A stretch of DNA of 64,000 nt, taken from contig NC_042997.1 of assembly GCF_006345805.1 (NCBI RefSeq), forward strand, positions 198,586,001 through 198,650,000. The letters run 5' to 3'. Origin of the DNA: Octopus sinensis (taxonomy: Eukaryota). The position numbers were made by a program, and so were the translations under genes. How positions within the stretch are numbered: the first letter of the stretch is position 1; each line of letters starts with the position of its first letter. The notes under the pieces were generated by a model that worked only from the letters and a program-made list of their open reading frames with translations, did no database searches and was not told the origin of the DNA. Positions 1-10,599 of the stretch are shown here, in pieces.

Positions 1-870
1 AACTCCCAGATGAAATAAATGATGACCCTAAATTAAGTTGTAATCATGAAATATACGTTGGCAATATTTCTATTCATGGAACAACAATTATAAAAATAAT
101 GAATTTGCGTAAGCATCCCTACGGTGTTTGATATTTGGAATTGATATCAGTGAAAATACAATCATAAATATTAATCTTGTTTTAATCACATTATCAACCT
201 AAACAGGATTGAATGCACTGAATATATACCATCTACGTTGAATCCTACGTTGAAAGATGATACAACTTCGAAATTCTGTGGTATTCAACGACTATAATTA
301 AGCTTCTCTTGTATAGTGCGCCGTACGTCGATTTTACGCTGATATCCTGTTGAGGATACAGAACAAAATGATAAGAAGCGGTGGAAGAGCTTATCTATCA
401 TATGATGGTAAATAGCTTTATTAACATGCCATTGTTTCTCACAATCCATTACATAACGAATATGACGAGTCAGTGGCTGATTACATACTTAATTTTGATA
501 TTCCAGAGAAGGAACATGTTTTAACAAAAGCGCATCCATTTTCAATACATTCTGATTGATTCAAACGTGGATATGTTCCACGTTGACTTCCTCTTCTGAG
601 AACATCGCCCGACTTTGGACGGTGTGTGTTCATAATACAAGCGATTCATTACTTAAGGGGCTTTTGAAAAACCGTGGTGTTTCAACATCGTTGTGTATCT
701 CTCCAGTCAAATCTATCCCGGATCAATAAATGTAAACGAGAGTAATGGCCCTTGTTTATAGAAAACTGCAAACTAATTATTTGTCGATACGTGATGTCTA
801 ATAGACCGGTAATGATTCATTGGGAGCAAGCAAAACAACGAGAATCTAAACAATATTATATCTATTCATT
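1..870 (+). pseudogene. Possible decayed coding sequence with CUB-domain-like spacing
   Basis: Joining frames across stops and frameshifts gives LSCNHEIYVGNISIHGTTIIK..HPYGV/IFGIDISENTIININLV../RIECTEYI..SKFCG../LLLYSAPYVDFTL. This loosely resembles CUB Cys and FCG spacing. Judged by eye only. Confidence 0.15.
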
Positions 871-877
871 TTGAATA

Positions 878-1090
878 GGCCGGTGAGCTGGTAGAATCGT
901 TTGCTCGCGGGCAAAATGCTTAGCGGCATTTCGGACGTCTTTACCTTCTGCGCTCAAATTCCGTCGAGATTTACTTTACTTTCATCATTTCGGGGTAGAT
1001 AAAATAAGTATGAGTTGAGCACGGCAGTCGATATAATCGACTTACCCACTCACTCGGAATTACTGGCCTTGTGCCAAAATTTGAAACCAA
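878..1090 (+). mobile_element. Degraded family C tRNA-derived SINE
   Basis: Diverged match to the family C consensus seen elsewhere in the window (ggcgagctggcagaa..tttcatc.tttcgggg..ggccttgtgccaaaatttgaaacc). Confidence 0.75.
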
Positions 1091-1470
1091 TGTGTTGTGG
1101 CAGACCCGAATGTCAATATGCTTATCGCTGTTGTACTTCGAATTCGGGAAACATCTCTTCCCTTTACACTACGTGTGATCATTGACGCAAGGGGACTTAT
1201 ACAAATCAATCTAGCCCAGCATCACTAGTATCGGTGATGTGATTTGTTTTATGGTTTAACATGTAACACAGTTTGTCTGAGGTAGCGTTTGCCAAAAGCG
1301 TTAACGTATATTCAATTCTAACTGCGCCAAACTGGCTAAGACTCAAAATTTCAGTGCATATTTTGGTCAGCATTTTAAAATATATAATTAGTACATTTAA
1401 TCAATGTATCAGTTATAGCACCTCTATCTTCTATTCTTACATCCCTGGTGAGTCGATTAGACTCGTGTAA
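1091..1470 (+). pseudogene. Possible decayed TNF-receptor-like cysteine-rich coding sequence
   Basis: Translation CGRPECQYAYRCCTSNSGNISSLYTTCDH*RKGTYTNQSS, then after a frameshift CDLFYGLTCNTVC, then FGQHFK../TFNQCIS. This resembles TNFR CRD spacing (CC..C..GTYT..CD..GL..NTVC). Stops and frameshifts are present. Confidence 0.3.
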
Positions 1471-1649
1471 ACTGATTAACGAAGCAGAAATTATCTGTCC
1501 TGGACACAAGTAGTGAGGTTTGCAGCATTTATGAAATCAAGACACACAAGTTAGTTAGTAGGGTCTTTTATAATACTTCGGTATAAAAGAAGGGATTGTG
1601 TCCCTGAGCTTCTCAGGCCCTCCGATATCAGTAGGATCATGCCCCAGAA

Positions 1650-2341
1650 CAGTGGTTCTCAATGGGGATCCATATCAAATTTTCGGGGATTCACGTAACA
1701 AAGTACTAAATTGGGGATCCACGATAGTTTTTTTAAGGGCCCCTGAAAGAATTCTGCTTTAGGTGTATATGTTGATATGTATTGGTATGTATTGCAAGAG
1801 ACAGCTAAGTTTCTTTCTGTAACGTTTTACATAATTCAACCTACACAAATTAATGTACGAGAAACAAAATAGGAATTCCGAAGGAGTTTCTATAACACTA
1901 GTTTTTAAACATCGAATGGCTCGTGGGGTCCAGCAAAATGGAACAGTAATCAAAAGGCGAAATAATGAATAGCGACAGTGTAGTTTCAAATGCCTCCAAT
2001 GACCCATTATCGTGTGCAAAACAATAATAGGGGAAATGCTCATTAAAATCTACGAATTAACATTTTCAATTTTATTAAATTTAATCTCTAACAAGAGCAC
2101 TCAGAGAGCACAAACCTCCGCCATGGCAACACCAACGTACTCTCAACGATTAGCCAGGGATGATTTTTAAAATGAGAATATCTGAAATAAACTCGATTGC
2201 TCTCACAAACGAGAATACTAAAAATGAACAGGAAGAATATGAAAATATGAATGTTTTAGAGTAAAATACGCAAGAGTATTCAATTGATAAACCTAGTTTT
2301 CATCCAGCCACTGTAAATACATAAATGGTAGAGAACCCCAT
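1650..2341. mobile_element. Old hAT-like MITE carrying a templated insertion
   Basis: Left end cagtggttctcaa is a typical hAT TIR. The degenerate right end is tagagaaccccat. Flanks ccccagaa / ctttagaa are only a partial 8-bp TSD. Confidence 0.4.
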
Positions 2342-2377
2342 CTTTAGAACAATTACTAGGAAATCATAGACATGTTT

Positions 2378-2447
2378 GACGCTGTGGAGCAACGGTAGCG
2401 TCTGACTCCAGATCAGAAGGCCGCGTGTTCGAATCACGTCGGGGTCA
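2378..2447 (+). tRNA. tRNA-Trp(CCA)-like copy, probably a pseudogene or SINE head
   Basis: Anticodon arm tctga-ctccaga-tcaga (CCA at 2408-2410), T arm gcgtg-ttcgaat-cacgt, 3' cggggtca. About 2 nt are missing in the D arm and the acceptor stem has one mismatch. Confidence 0.85.
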
Positions 2448-2457
2448 AATTTTCTTG

Positions 2458-2575
2458 GTTTACGGCCATATCACTTTGAAAACACCAGTTCTCGTCCGAT
2501 CATCGAAGTTAAGCAAAGTCGAGCCTAGTTAGTACTTAGATGGTTGACCACTTGGGAAACCTAGGTGCTGTAAAT
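2458..2575 (+). rRNA. 5S rRNA-like full-length copy (diverged)
   Basis: gtttacggccatatcac..gttctcgtccgatc..gaagttaagc..gttagtactt.gatgg.tgacc..tgggaa..ggtgctgtaaa matches metazoan 5S. Terminal helix gtttacggc/gctgtaaat pairs. Several changes are CpG-type transitions. Confidence 0.9.
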
Positions 2576-2581
2576 GTCTTT

Positions 2582-2642
2582 CAATGGCGGTGCCCCAGCA
2601 TGGCCACAGCTCGTGAGCTGAAACTAGATGAAATGAAATGAA
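2582..2642 (+). mobile_element. CR1-type LINE 3' tail appended to the 5S copy
   Basis: ggcggtgccccagcatggccacagc..gctgaaac followed by (gaaat)n. Same motif as the tail of the CR1 remnant at about 26477-26545 and of family A SINEs. Confidence 0.7.
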
Positions 2643-3294
2643 GAACTTCCAAGGACTGGAGGATTGAGACCAGTGATTAGTAGAGAGCTGCAGGGCGTAA
2701 TGATAATACGGGTGGCGAGAAGAAAGGCAAATGAGTCAGGTTCGCCTGGTTTAGAGTTGGCCCCAGCCATCTCAACAGAAGCGGCAACTGTAATAACAGC
2801 AAAAAAAGCAGCGTGAGGGTATTTTAAATCTGTGTTGCAGCGACTGGCGGGTGTTGGTGAATTCGCCCATTCCAGTAAGTCGCGTAGTAGTTTTAAATGT
2901 GGGCTGGATCTCCGTATAATGTAGAGTAGAACTGTTGGAAGCTGACATATCCTCTGCCAGTTTCTGTTATGTAATGGATGTGAAATCGTAAAGAAAGATT
3001 ATCAGTGAAATTGATGCATATCATTTGGAGAGAGACTTTGAATGTCTTAGAGTAAAATGCGCAAGAGTATTCAATTGATAAACCCAGTTTTCATGCAGCC
3101 ACTGCTGTAAATACATAATTAATACTGCCTTTATTTCAAAACAAATAGTAATATCTTCATTATTCAAGGACATAATGCATTACAGATGAATATCTATTCC
3201 CATTTCTCTTTTACATGTAATCAATTACGCCTTTGTAGCTGTGTCTCTTCTCCATCTCTCTCCTATCTCTATCCTTCTCTCCTTTCCTCCACAG

Positions 3295-3415
3295 CTATGG
3301 ATATGAGGAAATTAATAATGCTTTCTACAGACACTGTGACCATACCAAGAAAAGCTTTCTTATAGTTGCTGTTGACAAGACATATGGTTGTGTGCAATCA
3401 TTGATATTCCATTAA
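3295..3415 (+). other. Candidate exon (weak)
   Basis: Long polypyrimidine tract ending cacag at 3294, then an open frame YGYEEINNAFYRHCDHTKKSFLIVAVDKTYGCVQSLIFH*. Only a weak GT donor at 3387. Confidence 0.2.
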
Positions 3416-3857
3416 CTGTTGAGATGTATGAAAGTCTTGATGTTATACGCGTACGCATGTAATATAAATACTAGCAGGATCATTAGGAATTGGCGCTTAT
3501 AGATGAGACCAATGGTCATAAAAAGTGAAAGATATTAACAGAGAATACCTTAAGAACATTTCTTTGATTTATAAGAGCTGGTATTATGAAACGGAAATTA
3601 GACATCTACGGTAAACACGGAAAGAAGAATTATTCTTAGATACTGATAATTATTCGCTCTGAAACGCTACGCACTGTTCTGTTATGTAAGAGCCCAAGAA
3701 ATAGACATAAGGAAAATATAAATGGTGTAATAATGAATAGCGACAGTGCAGTTTCAAATGCCTCCAATGACCCATCATCGCGTGCAAAACAATAATAGGG
3801 GAAATGCTCATCAAAATCTACGAATTAACATTTTCAATTTTATTAAATTTAATCTCT

Positions 3858-4195
3858 AACGAGAGCACTTAGAGAGCGCAAACCTCCGCCAAGGCAACAC
3901 CAACGTCCTCTTAACGATTAGCCAGAGGTGATTTTTAAAATGAGAATATCTGAAATAAACTCGACTGCTCTCACAAACGAGAATATTGAAAATGAACAGG
4001 AAACAATAATCCGAAATACTTGTCCGATACCGGATCGATCCCCAAATCTAATCAGTTCGTGCCAGTCATGAGGTCAAGCATCTGTAAACGTTTCATCCGA
4101 ATCCATCCAGCGGTTCTTGAGATATCTTGTCCACGGACAAACAAACAAACACAACTGAAAACAATACCTCTGCCTTCGCTAAGGCAGAGGTAATA
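3858..4195 (+). mobile_element. Helentron/HINE-like non-autonomous element
   Basis: Subterminal acctccgccaaggc, internal (caaa)n, and 3' hairpin tacctctgcctt-cgct-aaggcagaggta (4165-4192). Related copies lie at about 25495-25820 and partially at about 2086-2234. Confidence 0.6.
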
Positions 4196-5239
4196 AGCTG
4201 TATTACCTTGTATAAGCTTGTAAAGAAAATCGAAGTAAGTTTATGCGAAAGCAAGGAAAGACACCTTAAGCAGTGCAGAAGCTGATATACAAAAAGACTG
4301 AATGGAAATGAATGAAATACTTTGACCTTAGTTTGGCTCCATCTGGTATAAAATGGAGTAAAACGATAATAACTGCTGCAAAGAATTATTCAGGGTATCC
4401 TACAATTTTTCAGATTATAGCCTAATATTTCAGAGTAGGTTGGCTTCTATTTCTAGAAAATTAGTGAAGTGTGCAGATGCTTCTAGTGTACAACTACCCC
4501 ATACTAAAACACAGCAAAACCTCTGAGTGTCAGAATTTGCAATCGGATGCTATTTCCTGTGCTATAGTTCCGGAGATCCTACCAAGTCATTCGGCCGTCT
4601 GACAACGTAACATTTTTCTGATCAGTGAGAGATTATCTAAAGTAACGAAACAACAACGACAACAACAACAAGAGACTTGCTGACTGAACAAAAAGTAAAA
4701 TCAATAATTTTTAGTTATAAATAAAACATGATAAACAATCCAAATGAAAGCCATATTCATCGACATATTAGATACAAAATGCATACTTAGAAGTTAATAC
4801 TTAAAATATATTAAAACATTAAGCAAATAAGAAAAAAAATAATCACAATATAAATACAGGTCCATCCATCGATGCTTAAATTCTTCTAATAAAACCGTAA
4901 ATCATAAATTGACACGAAAGGGAAATGTTTTCTGCGCTTTATGAATATTTTACAGCCAGTCGTACTGCAACCAAAGCATGATACACATAATCATTGGAGA
5001 ATAAGTTATCCACATCTGAATAAAATTTAGATAGAGACATACAGTCTAACGTAAGCAAATAAATAGGGAGATCGAAACAAATAACACAGACAGTGAAAAA
5101 TGTATCAATACAGAATGAAATTGCAAATAAAAATTAAACAACGGTTTTACTAAATACGAAAACCCACCAATAGATATGACTATTAAAGTACATATATCAT
5201 GTGGTAAAGAAAGACTGAAATCAAATAAATTTTTTTTTT

Positions 5240-5610
5240 ATTTTACTCTTGTATTTGTTTCAGGCATTTGACTGTGGCCATGCTGGAGCACCACTTTTAG
5301 TCGAACAAATCGACCCCATGACTTATTCTCTGCAAGCCTACTATTTCTTTTATTGGTCTCTTTTGCCGAACCGCTATGTCACGGCGGTCGTCAAGCGATG
5401 GTGCGGGGGCAAACACAGACTCACAAACATATATTTATATATGTATACGACAGGCTTCTTTCAGTTTCCGTCAACCAAATCTCCTGGCAAGTCTTTGGTC
5501 GGTCCGCGGCTATAGAAAAAGACACTTGCCCAAGTTGCCACGCTGTGGGACTGAACCCGGAACCATGTGGTTGGTAAGCAAGCTACTTACCACACAGTTG
5601 CTCCTGCGCC
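5240..5610 (-). mobile_element. Family A tRNA-derived SINE
   Basis: Reverse complement of ggcgcaggag..gtggtaagtagcttgcttaccaaccacatggttccgggttcagtccc..(microsatellite)..gcggtgctccagcatggcc tail. Confidence 0.85.
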
Positions 5611-5630
5611 TATATATACATTAGTATTAC

Positions 5631-5801
5631 AGCCAGTCGATTACATCGATCCCAGTACTCAACTGGTACTTAATTTATCGACCTCGAAACGATGGAAGGC
5701 AAAGTCGACCTCGGCGGAATTTGAACTTAGAACGTTGTGATGGGCGAAATACCGCTAAGCATTTCGTCCAGCGTGCTAATGATTCTGCCAGCCTCGCCGC
5801 T

Positions 5802-5833
<32 letters not shown>

Positions 5834-6230
5834 CCCTTCTACTGGAGGTACGAGGCCTCAAATCTGTGGGGGGAGGGTACTAGTCGATGACATCGTCCCC
5901 ATTGTTTCAATGGTACTTAAGTTATCGACCCCGAAAGGACAAAAGACAAAATTATCGACCGCGGCGGAATTTGAACTCAGAACATAACAACGGGCTAAAT
6001 ACCTATTACTTTACTACTCACAAGGGGCTAAACACAGAGGAGACAAACAAGGACACACAGACAGATTAAGTCGATTATATCGACCCCAGTACGTAACAGG
6101 TACTTAATTTATTGACCCCGAAAGGATGAAAGGCAAAGTCGACCTCGACGGAATTTGAACTCAGAACGTAGCGGCAGACGAAATACCGCTTAGCATTTCG
6201 TCCAACGTACTAACGATTCTGTCGCCACCT
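5631..6230 (-). mobile_element. Cluster/concatemer of family C SINE units
   Basis: Repeated gtcgacctcggcggaatttgaactcagaacg and atcgaccccgaaagga motifs, separated by (aat)n. Confidence 0.85.
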
Positions 6231-6905
6231 TAATAATAATAATAATTATTATTATTATCCCTCAAAAATGAGATTGCCACTAATAAAAGAACACAGTAAA
6301 TTCACAAATCCCATGAATACGAAAATAAACTAAACAAATATCTATGTGAAGATCAAACTGTATCCGCCAGACATGTCATCAGGCTGGATGGTGGGGGCTA
6401 TAAACACGTGAAAATTATTATGAATGCTACCCAAATTAAACAGAGAAATTGGCATAAAAAAAAGAAAGCACTTCGAATTTTGAGAGAAAGATATTCAGAA
6501 AATGAGCAAAATAACTTAATGTGGAATTAGAAATAAAATAATTAACCGAAGGGAATAATTTACAAATATTAGTAATAAAAAAAACAACTCAAAACAGTAT
6601 AATTTTCAAACATGAGAAAATAAAAAGACGAATCATATTCATATAAATATAATAACCGAAACTGGATTTAAAACTTGTTAGATAATAACTATGAAGCCCT
6701 TAGCTAGTTAAGCATTTAACCAGTTACAATATATTCAAATCCTAATTAAGTAAATTAGCAAGAATAGATAGAGGAGATAAAACATGACAATTAATGTTAG
6801 CGTTTAGAATTTATCAAACAAAATAAGACATCCAATAAATATATTTACAATGACATAGGAATTTAATATAAAGCTATGATAAAATAGTTATTATAAGATT
6901 GGTGA

Positions 6906-7271
6906 AAGCACTCTGTCGGTTACGACGACGAGGGTTCCGGTTGATCCGAATCAACGGAACAGCCTGCTCGTGAAATTAACGTGTAAGTGGCTGAGCACTC
7001 CACAGACACGTGTACCCTTAACGTAGTTCTCGGGGATATTCAGCGTGACACAGAGAGTGACAAGGCCGGCCCTTTGAAATACAGGTACAACAGAAACAGG
7101 AAGTAAGAGTGAGAGAAAGTTGTGGTGAAAGAGTACAGCAGGGATCACCACCATCCCTTGCCGGAGCCTCGTGGAGCTTTATGTGTTTTCGCTCAATAAA
7201 CACTCACGACGCCCGGTCTGGGAATCGAAACTGCGATCCTATGACCGCGAGTCCGCTGCCCTAACCACTGC
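6906..7271 (-). mobile_element. Family B tRNA(Arg-like)-derived SINE, head truncated
   Basis: Reverse complement of the family B consensus, ending aatttcacgagcaggctgttccgttga..ggaaccctcgtcgtcgtaaccgac. Confidence 0.85.
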
Positions 7272-7572
7272 TAACCGAAGATAAAAGCATGTTGATATCA
7301 ATATCTAGGGGAAAAAATGGGAACAGAAGCTTCTATTGGCTGTCGTTTCCTCTATATCCACCTAGGAGATTTCGGCCTATCTCACGTCAGTTATGAATGA
7401 TCTGCACCATGTATTTTTGGTCTATCACTCTTTTCTTTTTTTTCTTTGATGGTATCCATTTGAAAGGTGTTTTAGAATGGTGTTCTGGCAAGCGAAATAT
7501 ATGTCAGCAAGTTTCAAATGTTCATTCCGTGAAGTTTCAATGTTCATCTCGAATTTGATGTTTATGTAAGTA

Positions 7573-7954
7573 CTAGCAGTATCGCCCGGCGTTGCTCGGG
7601 CTTGTAAGGGAAATAACTATAAAGCATTTTTAGAGAGTTATAGCCAAAAAATAGCAAAAAAAATGGAAAAAAAAGATGGTAAATTTTTTTGAGAGTTAAA
7701 AAGGTCGAGTTGCGTCCCCTAGACAGTCTGTGGTTTGTGTTTCTGATTCTCGACCCCATGTCGAATTTATCGATTTTTTTCAGAACTGGGGGAACTTTTC
7801 AAAATTTTCGCTGCGTTAGTTTGAATTATGACATTGGGCTATGTGTGTGTCAAGTTTCATCAGAATCGGTTGAAAGCCGTGGTCAGGGTGAGGGTACAAC
7901 CTAACAGACACACAGAAACACACACAGACAAACTGCTGTTTATATATAGAGAGA
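7573..7954 (-). mobile_element. Non-autonomous Helitron (variant subfamily)
   Basis: On the minus strand: A|TC 5' end, hairpin cccgagcaacgccggg, CTAG|T 3' end. Confidence 0.85.
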
Positions 7955-7966
7955 TTACTGACATAA

Positions 7967-8223
7967 ACATCATTCGAGATTGAACATTCAGACGAATCCG
8001 AAACCCTCTCTCCACTCGACTTTCAACTCAAGATCACAAAGGAAAGTTCCATATTTACCAAATTCTATAGAAAAGCTGCTGATAGAAAACTTTTCGTCCA
8101 CTACCAATCAGCCTCACCCACCGGATCCAAAGCCGCATACGTGAGAAACGAGATTGCACGTATAAACAACAATTGCAGCAACGTGGCTGACAAAGTCAAC
8201 ACCAAGCAGTTCCTCAGAGACCT
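7967..8223 (+). mobile_element. Penelope-like element RT (thumb) remnant
   Basis: Frame reads TSFEIEHSDESETLSPLDFQLKITKESSIFTKFYRKAADRKLFVHYQSASPTGSKAAYVRNEIARINNNCSN, matching the PLE motif LPFLD..YRK..Y.H..S.HP..K..R..CS. Confidence 0.65.
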
Positions 8224-8358
8224 AATTCTTTCCTTTGTGATCTTGAGTTGAAAGTCGGTAGTCATGATGAGTATACTGGGCTTCGTATATTTACCCCAGT
8301 GTTACTTTGATGGCATGCATTTGCTCTCTCCCTCAATAATAATAATAATAATAATAAT

Positions 8359-8870
8359 GACGGAATGACAGCAGGAAAAATATAGTATAGCCTAGAAAAG
8401 GTCTCAATAAATGACAAAGCAACGATACTCTGGAGTACGCCAATACACACAATGACAGAAAGATCAAGGCTAATAGAAAGATATTTTGAGGGACCGCCAA
8501 GAAATGTATACCTTCTAATTAACATATCAGATGACAATGAATCTCTAGAAGAAACGAAGAATCTCCCGAAATAAAGGATTTGGAAATGGAGATAACTGAA
8601 TGTGGGGTCTGAAAACAGAAATATTCCTGATAATAAGTGCTTTAGGCATAGTTAAAACACTTACAGACAAATACATAATCAAAACACCATGACTTAGGAA
8701 AATATATAAAGAGAGAGAAAATAGCACTGCTTAGCACCGAGCACATCCTACGTAAAGCAATTTCGATACAGTAAAATTAACAATAATGCAGCAAGCCACA
8801 GCACATACGCAAGGTTCACAGAGCTGCACTCGGTAGCGCACTGAAAGCACGTTATAGAACTAAAAGATAC
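8359..8870 (+). mobile_element. R4/Dong-like (RLE-type) non-LTR retrotransposon 3' end
   Basis: Broken translation KATILW..PIH..DRKIKANR..KDLEMEIT..WGLKTE..IISALG..KIALLSTEHILRKAISIQ*. Starts right after (aat)n. Confidence 0.75.
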
Positions 8871-8889
8871 TGAATATTAATAAAAATTC

Positions 8890-9075
8890 TGAATGCGATC
8901 ATTAGAACGAATATGATTAAAACAAACATTAACGAAACTGAGCAAGACAGCAAAAATGTAGGATGTGCGGGAAACTGGACGAGAGTATTGACAAGCTTCA
9001 AAGCGAGTGCAGTAAGCTATGAGAATGTCAGAAAAAGGGAGCATCGAAATGTTGGCCACGTTTCTGGGTTTCGGG
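8890..9075 (+). mobile_element. RLE-type non-LTR zinc-knuckle remnant
   Basis: AIIRTNMIKTNINETEQDSK/CRMCGKLDESIDKLQSECSKL..KREHRNV, typical of the CCHC region of R4/Dong-type ORFs. Confidence 0.65.
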
Positions 9076-10280
9076 TGACGGAGAAATAGGATGAACACGA
9101 GTCGGAGGCTATTATGTTGAATAATAATTAAAGGATTTTTAAGGGATTTCTCCTTGAAGACCGATCATACAATTGAAGCAAATGGTTAGATATGATAATG
9201 GAACACACACACGCAAAAAAAAAGCAGAAAGAGAGAGAGAGTGTAAAATCATTGATATCAAAGAAACAGAGAAAATTAAGCCAAATCATTATTCTTAACC
9301 ATTAAACAATATTATGTATAAAACGATATAACTATGGAACGAAACGAAAGACATGACATTTATTTATTTATTCATAAGATAATTAACTAATGAATATTTT
9401 AAATGAAGTGTGACACACGGGTGCATATACACACATATATAATAGTTTAGTCTGTTAGTTTTTATTCGCTTTTACTCATTGTGCAGTGGTGTTCGAATGT
9501 TTAATCGAGCGTATTGGACCAGTACATATTTTCAAATCCGTTCCTTATGTTACGATCCCCATAGTCGACCAGTAGGTCATGCAGCATAAGCGAAAACACT
9601 GGTTTTTAGCAGTAAATAAAAAAGAACTCATATACATAATATATGTATATATAGTCAACAGATGAAATGCAGAGATTCTCAGTATAGAAGACACAGGGTC
9701 TAATTTTTCTCTTTCGCAAAATGTGTCCCCTTGAATTTTACTCCGATTGCTTTCGATTTTGGTGTATCAATGCAACTCTGAATTTTGATTACGATCAACC
9801 AATTAGTGTATCTCGTAAATTAAAGAATCTTATGTTATTTGGAATTAAATAAAGTTGGAAAATTTGGGTAATTTTAGCCAATCAACAGTTTGTTACCATG
9901 ACAACTGCACGACAACTGCACGTTGTGTTGTGTTTCAGCCTCTTGTGTTGATTCTTCACACTACGAGATTCACTCCACCCGCGTGTTTTGTTTTAATAAC
10001 AGTTTATAGTTATCAATTACAATTTTATTATATTTTTCGTCAATTGTCTTAATATATTACATATTTTTCATATATAGTAAAAGTTGTTTGCGATGTTAAT
10101 ACAGTTTCTTGTCATTATGAAGGAATACGTGAACTTAGCACAGATAACTCGACAATATTTTTGAATTTTGCATGCAAAAACATATAAGATACAGGTATTC
10201 CTTTTCTTGGGGTAAATTCTTTGTTGACCAGTGTTATTCTTATCATAGCTTTCAAATCCAAACACGAAAACGTTACTCAA

Positions 10281-10364
<84 letters not shown>

Positions 10365-10365
10365 C

Positions 10366-10471
10366 AAGGAGCTTCTACAGGACTAGAACTGTTTCATTCA
10401 AGAGAAATCTTCAGGAAGCTTCCTGAAGATTTCTCTTGAATGAAACAGTTCTAGTCCTGTAGAAGCTCCTT
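10366..10471. repeat. Perfect 106-bp palindrome within (TA)n
   Basis: The 53-bp arm aaggagcttctacaggactagaactgtttcattcaagagaaatcttcaggaag is followed directly by its exact reverse complement. Confidence 0.97.
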
Positions 10472-10551
10472 CTATATAATAAATTAATTTTACTCTGCTA
10501 TGTATTGAGTACCTTATTTACTGTGGTTAACCCCGAATCAACCCGGGACCT

Positions 10552-10586
<35 letters not shown>

Positions 10587-10599
10587 CTGGTTATATGGA

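Noticed and set aside
2625-3000. Relatively GC-rich stretch with a long ATG-less open frame on the minus strand
   Set aside because: No recognisable domain or splice signals. Possibly an old LINE fragment, but unsupported.
5249-6069. Recurrent short ORF families (RRASFSFRLPNPLTRLWSARG.., NWYLIYRPRKDERQSRPRR.., MFSLNKHSQRPVW..)
   Set aside because: Conceptual translations of SINE families A, C and B, not genes.
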